Source of the DNA: an uncultured virus (IMG/VR IMGVR_UViG_3300046171_000218)
Lineage: Duplodnaviria > Heunggongvirae > Uroviricota > Caudoviricetes
Reading direction: 5' to 3' (one strand)
IMG/VR virus record: IMGVR_UViG_3300046171_000218
Length of the DNA: 64,000 bases
Position 1 is the first letter of the stretch. Every line of letters begins with the position of its first letter. The notes beneath the pieces were generated by a model that was not told the DNA's origin, made no database searches, and saw nothing but the letters and a program-made list of their open reading frames with translations. This document shows, piece by piece, positions 18,623-28,677 of this stretch. Made by a program: the position numbers and the translations under genes.

Positions 18623-18680
18623 ATTATACACACAAAAAAGGGGGGTGTGTGCCCCCCAGTGTTCACTTTTCAAAGCGTCT
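18623..18680 (-). promoter_or_regulatory. putative promoter: palindromic box, GC hairpin, TATAAT
   Basis: AGACGCTTTGAAAAGTGAAC...GGGGGG-CACACA-CCCCCC-T6...TATAAT upstream of cobS; the hairpin plus T6 may also terminate the upstream transcript. Confidence 0.65.
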
Positions 18681-18803
18681 GTACTTGAATTTCATTGCCT
18701 GAAGCATCCATGCATCAGTCAATTTCTTAGGGCCTTCCAAAAGAACCTTGCGAACCCTGGGATCGGTTTCCATCTGAAGTGCAATTTCCTTCCAAGTCAT
18801 CAT
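18663..18803 (-). CDS. hypothetical protein (46 aa, not in ORF track)
   Basis: MMTWKEIALQMETDPRVRKVLLEGPKKLTDAWMLQAMKFKYRRFEK*; ATGA overlap with the VWA gene stop. Confidence 0.65.
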   Translation of the reverse strand: MMTWKEIALQMETDPRVRKVLLEGPKKLTDAWMLQAMKFKYRRFEK

Positions 18804-20886
18804 GCTACTAAAGAGATAAATTCACCCAGGACTTTTTTATTTAGTTTCTTAGTCTTAAGACTTTTGGCGAAAGCAGACTTAATCTTTGCTTTTGATGCTC
18901 CCTCATCCACCTCAAATTCAACATCCTGAGCGAGAGCTGTGCATGAAAGTCCAAAGTATGCATCATATCCAGACTCGCGGATCACAAATCCTTTCTCCTT
19001 CTTCCACTCATTCTGCAGTTTGATGAGTTCTTCACCATGATCGTAATAGAGTTTAAGAAAACTGTTAGCATCGCGAGGAGCAAGTAAACGAATGCCAACA
19101 AAGTTTACTTCAGGAAAATTATCCTTAAGATTCTTGAGCATGACATCAGAGAATCCATTGAAGTTTCCAGACTCAAACTTATACATGTTACCAGTCTTGC
19201 GATCACGCAGAATAGTCTTCCAGTGATCATGTCTAGCTTCTCCAAGAAACTCCGCATTATTCTCCCAGTACCTCTTGATCAATTTATGTCTGTTGAGAGG
19301 ACACGCTTCACCATCAGTCAGAACCACACACTGAACTTTCTGCAGTTTGTTTTCACGTTGAAACTTAGGAAGGATCTGATGAAGAGATACAAGTGCTTCA
19401 TTCAAAGGAGTTCCTGACAGAGACATCTTCCTACCCCAAGTATAAGAAGAACGATATACTCTACTAAAACCAACAGCATGTCGCCAGACGTTGATCATCT
19501 GATGCTCTAGATCTTTGGCAGATACTTTGCTCGTAAGAATGTTGAGGAGATTGAAATCATTTGAAACACAAAGAAGATTTTCTTTCTTCTCATAATGATC
19601 TACCAATTGATGTGGAAAATTAATATCATGACTACTCCACTCATTAGTAAAAGCATATACATCAAAAGGAATACCAACTTTCTTACAGAACCACAGCAGA
19701 TTAAACATTTGCTTACAGGTATCCATTAGAGTGTATTGCATTGAACCACTCCAATCAAGCATAAAAACAAGTCCATGGTTCTTACCGTCTGCAAGAGTTG
19801 TTACCTTACGGAAAAGATCTTCATTGTACTTGTAGGTGTGAAGTTTGGTGCAATCAAGAACACCAGTGCGAGAGGTAGTAGCACGAGCATATGAGTCAGC
19901 AGCTTTCTTACACTCAAACTCTTTTACCAGATAATTTACTTCTTTCTGTGCAGAACGCTTGAACTGAATATATTCTTTGTCACACTCCTCAAAAATCTGC
20001 ATGTCCATTTCAAGTCCAGAACGTTCCTGAAGATCAAAGACGTGATCAACATATCGATGTACTAGATCATTACTGACGATAATCGTGTCCAGATTTACTT
20101 TAGGAACCTCAACATAAACGGTTTCGATACCATCAGTCTGTGCCAGTTGTTCAATACTGTTAGAAAGAGAATCTGCAGTTTCAACTTCCGGTTCTACTTC
20201 TTGTTCAGAATTATCTTGCCCACCATCATCAGGAACATCTTGAATGTTTCCCTGAGGTTTTGACTCCTCACTATCCTGCTCTTCTTGTTCCTCAGACGAT
20301 TGTTCTTGAGACTTAGGTGCTTCTATATCTTGAGTTTCGTTATTAACTTCTTTCTTACAATACTTGTAAAGTTCTTCTGCTGCTTAGCAACATCCTCAAA
20401 AGTCTCACAATCACCAATCATACGGACGATTGACATCTCTTCTTCAGAGAATTCAATATCTACAAAATTACCAATCTTAAAGTATAGATTTGCACGATCG
20501 GCAAGATTCATTTCGGAGATATCTTCATCAGCAATTTTGAAGAAATCATCATCACTCATCTGATTATATCCTTTGAAGAATGTCTTATGCATTCCAGGAT
20601 ACTTACGCTTCATCAACTTCTCAATACGAGCATCCTCAACAATATTGATAAAGGAGTGAGGAATACCCTTTGGTGGATCCTCATCAGGAGTGAAGAGAGC
20701 ATGTCCAACTTCATGTCCCACAAGTAGATCATAGACAGTGTTGCTTGCACTCTCCCACATTGGAAGTGTCAGCACACGGTTATGAACATCAAACTGAGCA
20801 GTAGAAACCTTGCGGTGCTCAACCACCAGATCCTCAGTGGCAAGAAGTTTGGCGAGTTGTGACTTGATTTCCTGTAGGACTGGCAT
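18800..20886 (-). CDS. metallopeptidase-like N-domain plus VWA (CobT-like) protein; one apparent frameshift near 20380
   Basis: HEVGH and EDARIE in the N-part; MIDAS DWSGSM...SGTPL...LTDGE in the C-part; acidic linker between. Confidence 0.85.
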
Positions 20887-20907
20887 TGAACTCCTTTTGA
20901 TGTCCCT

Positions 20908-20965
20908 ATAATACTAAACCCCCACCTTTCGGTGAGGGCCCTCAGTGACAGTTTCTAAAGTGTCT
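20908..20965 (-). promoter_or_regulatory. putative promoter: palindromic box, GAAA hairpin, TATTAT
   Basis: AGACACTTTAGAAACTGTCAC...CACC-GAAA-GGTG...TATTAT then AAGGAG RBS; same spacing as the cobS element. Confidence 0.65.
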
Positions 20966-20973
20966 ATGGTTGG

Positions 20974-21156
20974 TTATGAAAGAATACTCCTACAGATACG
21001 TTTACAAGTCGCCTGATCATCATCACATTCAATTAGACAATCATAGTAATCATTTATGTGATCAGATTCCTCAAGTGTTCGATCTAGGGTATGAGTCAAT
21101 CGATCAATACTTTGTTTCCAACCCGCTAACTGATTATGTGAAATTAAATTGTGCAT
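20974..21156 (-). CDS. small four-cysteine protein
   Basis: MHNLISHNQLAGW...YYDCLIECDDDQATCKRICRSILS; CTAAATA late-like motif upstream (~21228-21236). Confidence 0.7.
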   Translation of the reverse strand: MHNLISHNQLAGWKQSIDRLTHTLDRTLEESDHINDYYDCLIECDDDQATCKRICRSILS

Positions 21157-21270
21157 GATTTTTAAATTATAAACATCAGATAATGAAGAATTTACTTTCA
21201 CTTCATAACCTTTTTCCCAATTCTGTATTATTTAGTCAGCGTTTCCTAACTTAATGAAGTTTGTGTCACA

Positions 21271-22979
21271 TTATACAATTCTTGAGAAACCTTTATGTTT
21301 CTCAAACTTTATCAGATTTTCAAATTTATCAAACAAAGACTCTTTGTGCGAGATGACAAAGACATTTGCATCTTTAATTACAAATCGAATGATTTTCAAA
21401 AACTCATCTGTGCCAAATCCATCAAGAGAACTATCAAATACTTCATCCATAATCAATAGATTAGTATTTACAGAGTTCTTCATCCTTGCCACCTCTCTCC
21501 AGGTGAACAAAAGTGCTAAATCTATTCGCATCTTCTCTCCCTCGCTGAAAGAAGAATAAGAAAAGTCCTCATGTATCGGGGACTGGACGGTTTCGTTGAA
21601 CTCTTCATCAAGAGTAAAGTTAATATAGAAGTCCATCATCTGAAGATAACGGTTGACTTGCTGATTAATCAGCGGCAAATACTTCTTAATGATTTTTGTC
21701 TTGACTCCACCGTCTTTAAGTAGACTATACGAAAAATCGTAATAGTTAATGGTGTCCTTTCTTGACGCTAATTCGCCAAATGTAGTTGTTAAGTTGTCTT
21801 TGAAGGTTTCTAACTTCTCATGTTCAGTATTTCGGTTTGCAAGTTGCTCGGTAAGCTCTTGAACTTCCGATTCCAGATTTCCGATTTGTCGTTGACACTC
21901 AGAAATCCGAACATTGTCCTTAGAAATGTCATTCTGTAGTTTAGAGATCTCCTTCGATAGGGCAAGAAATTGACGCTCTCGCTCCTGTTCTTCATTAATT
22001 GCCTCATCCAGTTCTTTTAAACCAGATTGCAACTCGTTCGCTACATTTTGAGCGTCTTAATCTTATTTATTCTGAAATCCTCTTCAATTGACTGCGTACA
22101 AGTGGGACAAACCGTATTCTCAGTGAAAAACTTGTGCTCTTTTCTAAGAGTTGATGCTTTTTGACTGATTTTACCCTTCAGTCCACTCAGTTTACGTAAT
22201 TTTTCTGTAGCTCCAGTAACTTTTTCTTGATCAGTAAGACGCTCTTGTACCTTTCTCGTTTGCCAAAGATACTTCTTTATTATAAAGATCGATAAGTCTA
22301 TTAAGTTCGGAGACTTTTTCTTTTTCTCCGCAATATTTTCCTTGCCTTGAGTCTCTAATTTGTCAATAAAGCGAGTTTGCATGTCAACTTTATCACTCAG
22401 TGACTCTTTTTTGAGTGATAGTGTCTTAACTTCATCCTTCAAGGCACTAATTTTACCCTTAATTACAGTATTCATGGACGAAAAGATCTTAATGTCAAGC
22501 AAATCCTCAATAACTTCACGTCGATTTGCTGCAGAAAGTTGCATGAAGGGCACAAAAGTACTACTTCCAAGAATAACAATCTGAGTAAATGACTTATAGT
22601 TCATCTTTAAGACATTTTGCTCCAGCCATTTTTGCTGATCCAGTGCTGCAGCGTCTTGATTCAGTTCTTCACTATTGCGATAGATCTTGAAAATGTTGGG
22701 TTTGATACCTCTAATCACTTTCCAAGAAATATTCCCAATAGAAAACTCTACTTCAACACAACAATCTTTCTCATTAGTCGTATTGAGTAGTTGTGGTTTG
22801 TTAATTTTACGAAATGCCTTGCCAAAAAGTGAAAATGTGAGAGCATCAAGAATAGTAGACTTACCAGCACCATTAGTACCGACAATCATCGTATTACCAT
22901 TCTCGTTTAATTTAACTTCAGTATAATGATTACCCGTAGAAAGAAAATTCTTCCAACGAATCTTCTCAAATAAAATCAT
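21271..22979 (-). CDS. 46: SbcC/Rad50-like recombination endonuclease subunit (T4 gp46); frameshifted
   Basis: WKNFLSTG, GTNGAGKS, CPTC hook, FSEGEKMRIDLA, MDEVFDSSLD; split over two ORFs. Confidence 0.93.
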
Positions 22980-23244
22980 ATGTTTCGGTTTCTGGCGGCA
23001 CCACGATGTCGTTCTTAGAAATTATAGCATACTCACACTCATGAATGTGGCATGTCTTAAGCATTATTTCATCTTCTATTTCAATTATATGCATCTCCGG
23101 GTATCCATGTTCTTCTTCTAACTGTATGGCAAAACGAGTAGCATCATCCTCTTCCTCAAACAGATAAAGTATCTTATCTCCTGATTCGTTTTCTACGGAA
23201 TATGCTCCTTTATCTTCTTTACCATCTATAGTTAGAATATACAT
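22966..23244 (-). CDS. hypothetical protein
   Basis: 92-aa acidic ORF between gp47 and gp46. Confidence 0.65.
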   Translation of the reverse strand: MYILTIDGKEDKGAYSVENESGDKILYLFEEEDDATRFAIQLEEEHGYPEMHIIEIEDEIMLKTCHIHECEYAIISKNDIVVPPETETYDFI

Positions 23245-24287
23245 TAAATTAACTCACACGCCTCCTGATATGTTGTTCGCATAATGTCTTGCAGAACAGA
23301 TTTATCAAGACTGATTTCTGCTTCTTGGATATATCTATTCAAAATAGAAAGTGTGTCTTCAGACTCAAATGCTTCAAACTCTTCAGGATCTCCAACTTCA
23401 AAGTTTTCTACAGTTTTTAGATCCGCAACTCCTACAGAATAAAGTTTATCAATAAACTTTTCAAACTTTTTACTGTTTGATTTCTTACGAACAATAACTT
23501 TTACTATTTTATTCTCATACTCTCTTACGTCAAATGTTTGATGATCAGTATCTTCATAGAAGATATTGTAGAACATCCGATATGGGTTGTTAACATGAGT
23601 ATGCTCTAGAGTTTCTGTGTCAAAGATTGTAAATCCTCGCGTATCATTCACATCATTCCAGAACATCTCATAAGGATTTCCTAGATAGAAGATCTTCTGA
23701 TCATCTGATCGAGTGTGGTAGTGTCCCGAGAAGACTTTGGTGAACTTCTTAAATAAGTCGCTCTCAAAACCATGCTCCATGACGCAGCCGCGATGAGCTC
23801 TAAATCCGCGTAGTTCAAGGTGCCCCATCGCACACTTGCTAGTTGTATTTTCAATAGCAGTGAAAGTGCTCTGAGAGTTGTCTTCATTGATCCAAGGAAT
23901 AAAAAGTACGTTTAAATTATCTAACTTTACTTCTTCAGGAGAAGAGTAAACATGAACATTGCCATACTCACGAAGAAGTAAATCTACAGCATTAACTTCG
24001 TTAGTGTTTTTATAAAAAGCAGTATGGTTTCCTACAATTGTATGAACAGTAATACCCATCTGTTCAAGTCTGTCATAATAATTATCTTTTGCCCATGCAA
24101 GAGAACCAAAATTGATACCAGTACGATTATCAAAGGTATCACCCATATCTACTACAGTAGTAATACCGTGTTTCTCTAGATACGGAAAAAAGATATCATT
24201 ATAAAATTTAAGAAAGTAGTTATGAAAGAGTTTAGAATTTTTACGGGCACCAAAGTGCTGATCCGTGATAATTGCTACTTTCATCAA
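23244..24287 (-). CDS. 47: SbcD/Mre11-like nuclease (T4 gp47)
   Basis: TDQHFG, GDTFD, GNH, GHL, SGHYH phosphoesterase motifs. Confidence 0.95.
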   Translation of the reverse strand: MMKVAIITDQHFGARKNSKLFHNYFLKFYNDIFFPYLEKHGITTVVDMGDTFDNRTGINFGSLAWAKDNYYDRLEQMGITVHTIVGNHTAFYKNTNEVNAVDLLLREYGNVHVYSSPEEVKLDNLNVLFIPWINEDNSQSTFTAIENTTSKCAMGHLELRGFRAHRGCVMEHGFESDLFKKFTKVFSGHYHTRSDDQKIFYLGNPYEMFWNDVNDTRGFTIFDTETLEHTHVNNPYRMFYNIFYEDTDHQTFDVREYENKIVKVIVRKKSNSKKFEKFIDKLYSVGVADLKTVENFEVGDPEEFEAFESEDTLSILNRYIQEAEISLDKSVLQDIMRTTYQEACELI

Positions 24288-24778
24288 TATCGAAGTTTGG
24301 AATGGACTGCGTCCTTGATAGAATTATAGTCACTGTAGTTCGATCCGTCAAGAGTGTTGTTATCGTCAAACACCTCACTATACCCAGACTTCTCCAGAAT
24401 CTTGTTCTTGATTTCTAACTGACGCTTCTCTCTTTGAATCCGTCTCAAGAAAGCGTAGTGAATAATTTGTGTGAAATATGCAAAAGGATTTTGAGATTTC
24501 TCTGGATTGAAATTATGAATATACTGCACACAATTTTCAATACCATCAGAAACCATATCATCCTTGAACATATAGTTTACGAAGTTTGGTTTAAATGATA
24601 AATGAGTTGCAATCTTAAGAAAGCATTCTCCAATGTACCTGGGAATAACGGGCCTTGGAAGTCCTTTTGCTTCTGCAATTTCTCTATCTTCACGATATGC
24701 AATCAAAGCAGCTAAGAACTCTTTGTTATTTACATAATGTTCTGATCTTTTTCTCTTAGTCATGCCTGGTTGTATCAT
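24284..24778 (-). CDS. 55: late transcription sigma factor (T4 gp55)
   Basis: HYVNNKEF, NPFAYFTQI, AFLRRIQREK. Confidence 0.95.
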   Translation of the reverse strand: MIQPGMTKRKRSEHYVNNKEFLAALIAYREDREIAEAKGLPRPVIPRYIGECFLKIATHLSFKPNFVNYMFKDDMVSDGIENCVQYIHNFNPEKSQNPFAYFTQIIHYAFLRRIQREKRQLEIKNKILEKSGYSEVFDDNNTLDGSNYSDYNSIKDAVHSKLRY

Positions 24779-24803
24779 AACTATATCTCATCATTATGTA
24801 TAA

Positions 24804-24832
24804 AGTATACCACTGAGACACATACTTGACAA
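24804..24832 (-). promoter_or_regulatory. sigma70 promoter for gp55, TTGTCA-N17-TATACT
   Basis: Near-consensus hexamers, 17-nt spacer, TGG before the -10. Confidence 0.7.
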
Positions 24833-24854
24833 GTCTTTAAAACATGTGTAGACT
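24826..24854 (+). promoter_or_regulatory. antisense sigma70-like promoter TTGACA-N17-TAGACT
   Basis: Perfect -35 overlapping the -35 of the gp55 promoter; 17-nt spacer. Confidence 0.5.
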
Positions 24855-24887
24855 ACCTTTGTTGGGTTTGAAGAGACAACTATAGCT

Positions 24888-25313
24888 TTAATTATTAGTA
24901 ATATCTTTACTAGAAGGAGTATTATAGAGTTTTTCTAGAACCTCTCTTGCATCATTTACATTAGCAAGATATCCCATCTTTTTATCTAGTTTATGATTAC
25001 TAGATCCGGAAATAGGATTATCATCTGTTTTTCTAACATATTCTTGATGTATAAGAATCATATCAATGTCGTTTGATTCAGACATTGTTAAAACATCATT
25101 TAAATTAATAAAAAACATATCATCAGAAGATGTTTTTAACCAAGGTTCTACTTTGTAACCAACTACTCCTATTCTACTCTTTACTTCACTAATAGTAACT
25201 GGATTAGAAACTACTAAAATAGTTCTATCAGGTTCTTCTTCAGCAGCTACTTTGGCAAAGATTTCTTCACCTGATTTTAGTTTTATTGTTGCATAGAAAT
25301 CGTCTTCTATCAT
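24888..25313 (-). CDS. conserved hypothetical protein (possible Sm-like)
   Basis: FYATIKLKSGEEIFAKV; lies between uvsW and gp55. Confidence 0.7.
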   Translation of the reverse strand: MIEDDFYATIKLKSGEEIFAKVAAEEEPDRTILVVSNPVTISEVKSRIGVVGYKVEPWLKTSSDDMFFINLNDVLTMSESNDIDMILIHQEYVRKTDDNPISGSSNHKLDKKMGYLANVNDAREVLEKLYNTPSSKDITNN

Positions 25314-26784
25314 GCTTTCTTTAAGTGTATGGTTATGATATCATAGTTAAAGTTCTCTTCATTATAGATCTTAATTCTTTCAATGAGATGATTTAACGTA
25401 TAGTTTCTTCTTGTTTTTGTAGAACAATCATCTGCAATATCATACAGAGTTGCTTTTACTTTGTTTTTTCCTTTTCTAAGAACTCGTCCAATACTTTGAA
25501 GATTTCTGACTCTGGACTTACTTGGAGAGGCAAAGATAACATTATGGAGGTTTTTAATGTTGATACCAGTAGAAAAAGTTCCATAAGAGGCGACAATGAT
25601 AGCGTTGTTTTCTCTTTCTGTGATTTCTCTAACTACCTCCCTTTCTTCAGCGTCTACACCACCATGTACAAAAAATACCTTACGGTTGTCACGCTTGTTA
25701 TTATTTATCTGATTGTAGAGTATCTCTCCATGTGCTTCGACTCTTGCGAAAAGAACAAGTGTGTTCCCTTTAAGATCAAGTGTTAGATTAGTAATAAATT
25801 TGTTTCTTTGTTCATGAGATATTAGATATTCAATTTCATCATTATATGTTTCAAACTTTTGTGGTTCATGTTTGAGAACAAGACATTGAATATCTAACTC
25901 AGACAAGTGTCCCTTGCTTCATCAATTCATCAGTTCTTGTTACTTTGTATGATGGGCCAAACACTCCCTCAAGCACCCACTTATGCGTCTGTGTGCCGTC
26001 TAAAGTACCAGTGAACCCAAATCTATACTTAGCATGATGTAATTTAGTCATGATTGAAATGAGAGACTTACTCTTAAAGAGGTGTGCCTCATCACCAATC
26101 ACAACATTATATTCCTCAAACCAACTTCTCTCCAACTTATAGATAGATTGCCAGGTGGTAATCGTTACAGGACAGTTTGTGTCCTTTTCTCTGCCACTGT
26201 AAATCTTATGACAAAATGTCTCAGCGTCCCAACCATAATCCTCAAAATCCTTGTACATCTGCTCTACAAGAGATGTCGTTGGAACGACAAGAAGAATTTT
26301 TTGTTTCCTGTCTACGTAATATCTCACTAATGAATAAATCATTAGAGATTTGCCGCTCCCAGTGGGGCTTATCAATAGCTTTCTATTATGCCTTAAAGCA
26401 TCGTATACTCCCTCAATTTGATATCGTCGTGGAGTATGAGTACAAATAGATCGCATAAATCCTTTGACACCCTCATATGATATCTCATCATTTACTTCAA
26501 AGGGTTGTCCGTAGAATTTATTTTTTTCAAAAGAAAAAGTATATCCGTAATTCTCACAAAAACTTACAATCTTATCCAGCAATCCAACATAGATTTGCTT
26601 GGAACGCATGTCATATAAATGAATTTCTCCATTCCAATTTCTACCACGGTACTGTGGCATAAACTTGGCATTTGGGACTTCAAATTTGAAAATGATCTCT
26701 TAACTCATATTCAATATGAGGTTCAGTATTGATTTTTAGAAAAACTTCGTTAGATTTAGAGATTACAAGATCTGTTGTATTCAC
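25310..26784 (-). CDS. uvsW: SF2 helicase UvsW; frameshifted
   Basis: SPTGSGKS, DEAH, TGT, QSIGRVLR; probable GTG start at 26784; indels near 26690 and 25900. Confidence 0.92.
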
Positions 26785-26810
26785 AAGGATTTATCACCTG
26801 TGAATATTTA

Positions 26811-27029
26811 TCACTCGTGACTAAACTTGTATTCCAGAACTATTCTATATAAAAAATTTTTTAAGTAAAATAGTCTCTCTTGTTCTTCTACATCACCACC
26901 AGGCCATTTGTCCGCATGAACTGAGACAGACTTATATAATAAATGCAAATCATCTATTCCGAACTGAAGTTCTATGTATGGAAGATCTTCATTAAAATCA
27001 TCATCTTGATAAACCCATTCATCATTCAT
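26811..27029 (-). CDS. hypothetical protein
   Basis: 72-aa ORF (WPGG motif) preceded by ATAAATA. Confidence 0.65.
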   Translation of the reverse strand: MNDEWVYQDDDFNEDLPYIELQFGIDDLHLLYKSVSVHADKWPGGDVEEQERLFYLKNFLYRIVLEYKFSHE

Positions 27030-27081
27030 AGAACATTTGTGGATAGATAAAACTAAATATATTTATTCTGAGCGTTAAATT

Positions 27082-27606
27082 ATGAAGTCAATCAGTGATG
27101 ACTTTGAAATTTATAAACATAAGTTATCAAATTGGCAAGAGAAAAAATATGAACTGATAGATCTGTTTCATAAAACTAAACCAGTAATTTATGGCAACGT
27201 ACTCACAAACTTTAATAGTAGTAAGGAAAATAAAGATTTTCTTGTAGAAGAAATAACTAGATTATTTGGCGACGAAATTATTAATTTTATAAAATTTATC
27301 GATGCAGAATATTTTTTAGAATCTGCATGGATTCAAGAATATCAAAAAAATATGAATCATGGATTGCATAATCATGGTGTCGGTTATTCTTCTGTAATTT
27401 ACATAAATTTTGATAAAGAAGTACACTCTTCAACTATATTTGTTGATAAAGCGAATAGCATATCATTTTTGCCTGAGGTTGAAGAGGGTGATATTATATT
27501 TTTTAATTCAAAACACTATCACTACTGCTCTACAAATGAGAATGATAAAGAAAGAATGATATGCTCGTTCAATTTAAAAAAAGACATCAAAATGTCTTAC
27601 GCTTAA
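27082..27606 (+). CDS. 2OG-Fe(II) oxygenase-like protein
   Basis: HGLHNH, SSVIY, EGDIIFFNSKHYH, RMICSFN pattern; the only convincing plus-strand gene. Confidence 0.8.
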   Translation: MKSISDDFEIYKHKLSNWQEKKYELIDLFHKTKPVIYGNVLTNFNSSKENKDFLVEEITRLFGDEIINFIKFIDAEYFLESAWIQEYQKNMNHGLHNHGVGYSSVIYINFDKEVHSSTIFVDKANSISFLPEVEEGDIIFFNSKHYHYCSTNENDKERMICSFNLKKDIKMSYA

Positions 27607-28040
27607 CCTAATCCTGCGTTAAATCTCATAAACTCTATTGCGTTTTTAATGTGGTAAGTTCTATTACTTACTTGTTTAAGTATACTCTCAATATAAACAA
27701 GCATTGTATCATAATAGTCAATTTTCAAAGAGACTGATGAGAGTTTGTCATCCGCATCCAAATATTTTTGCATAGTTTCTTTATCCCTAATTTTTTTAGG
27801 GAATGGATTCTCCACATAAACATCAGGATCTGCTTTTCCACTAAAGTACTCATATCTTTCGTGCCTAATGTTTTTTCTTTGTTGTTCTGCTTTCTTCCTA
27901 AGAAGAAATATGGTATTATATAGTTCAAAGTATTTTGCATGTAGAGATGGAATTTTCAAAGACTCTTCATGTAAGTTGTCTCTGTCAATATCAGAATCTT
28001 TTTTCCACATCTCTTGAATTGAATCAAGATCAAGACTCAT
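27603..28040 (-). CDS. uvsY: recombination mediator UvsY
   Basis: WKKDSDID, SLKIPSLHAKY, IKNAIEF; synteny gp3-uvsY-uvsW. Confidence 0.88.
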   Translation of the reverse strand: MSLDLDSIQEMWKKDSDIDRDNLHEESLKIPSLHAKYFELYNTIFLLRKKAEQQRKNIRHERYEYFSGKADPDVYVENPFPKKIRDKETMQKYLDADDKLSSVSLKIDYYDTMLVYIESILKQVSNRTYHIKNAIEFMRFNAGLG

Positions 28041-28599
28041 AATTTGTTGCCAGACATATCTGTTATATTGTAGATAGTATACTTGAAAGTTGCCTCTGCT
28101 GTAAAGTATGCAACATCCTCACTTGTAGCATCAAAGTTCAGTGTAGACAGTTCTACAGGGAACATATCTTGAAACACTATTTTGAAATTAGGATTATTGC
28201 TACTCGTTAGAATCTGTAAAGTAGCGTCAGAATATAAATTTAATTGCGATTGATCAGGTTGAGGAAAACTTTCAACACCACCTTGCCAATCATATGTTTC
28301 TTGTAAACTTTCTGGATATCCTAATCCTCTAATCCAATTATAAATCTCAAGATAGTTTTCTAGATTTTCATCTACAAGAAATCTTAAATTAAAATCTCCG
28401 AATTCAACCTTATCACCTGGTTGATCAATATTTTTGAGATAAGATGGTTGAATAGCAGTTCCCATTGAAATTGCAGGTAAGTTCGCTGAGTTGCCAAAGA
28501 AAGCAACTTTAGGTGCTCTCTTCAATACAAACTTAAAACCAGTAGGGGATAAGAAATTTCTATTACTTATCTGATTTTCAAAGGATTGCCGTAAGACAT
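28037..28599 (-). CDS. 3: tail completion/tube terminator (T4 gp3-like); frameshift near 5' end
   Basis: NRNFLSPTGFKF, FLVDENLENY, FPVELS, ATFKY; follows gp23. Confidence 0.8.
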
Positions 28600-28619
28600 C
28601 GTTTTCTAAGTATTTAGAT

Positions 28620-28648
28620 AAAAAAAGGGGAACCTTGCGGTTCCCCTT
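28620..28648 (-). terminator. intrinsic terminator after gp23
   Basis: AAGGGGAACC-GCAA-GGTTCCCCTT followed by T-run. Confidence 0.9.
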
Positions 28649-28677
28649 GCACTTCCTTCACACGTAAGGAAATTATA

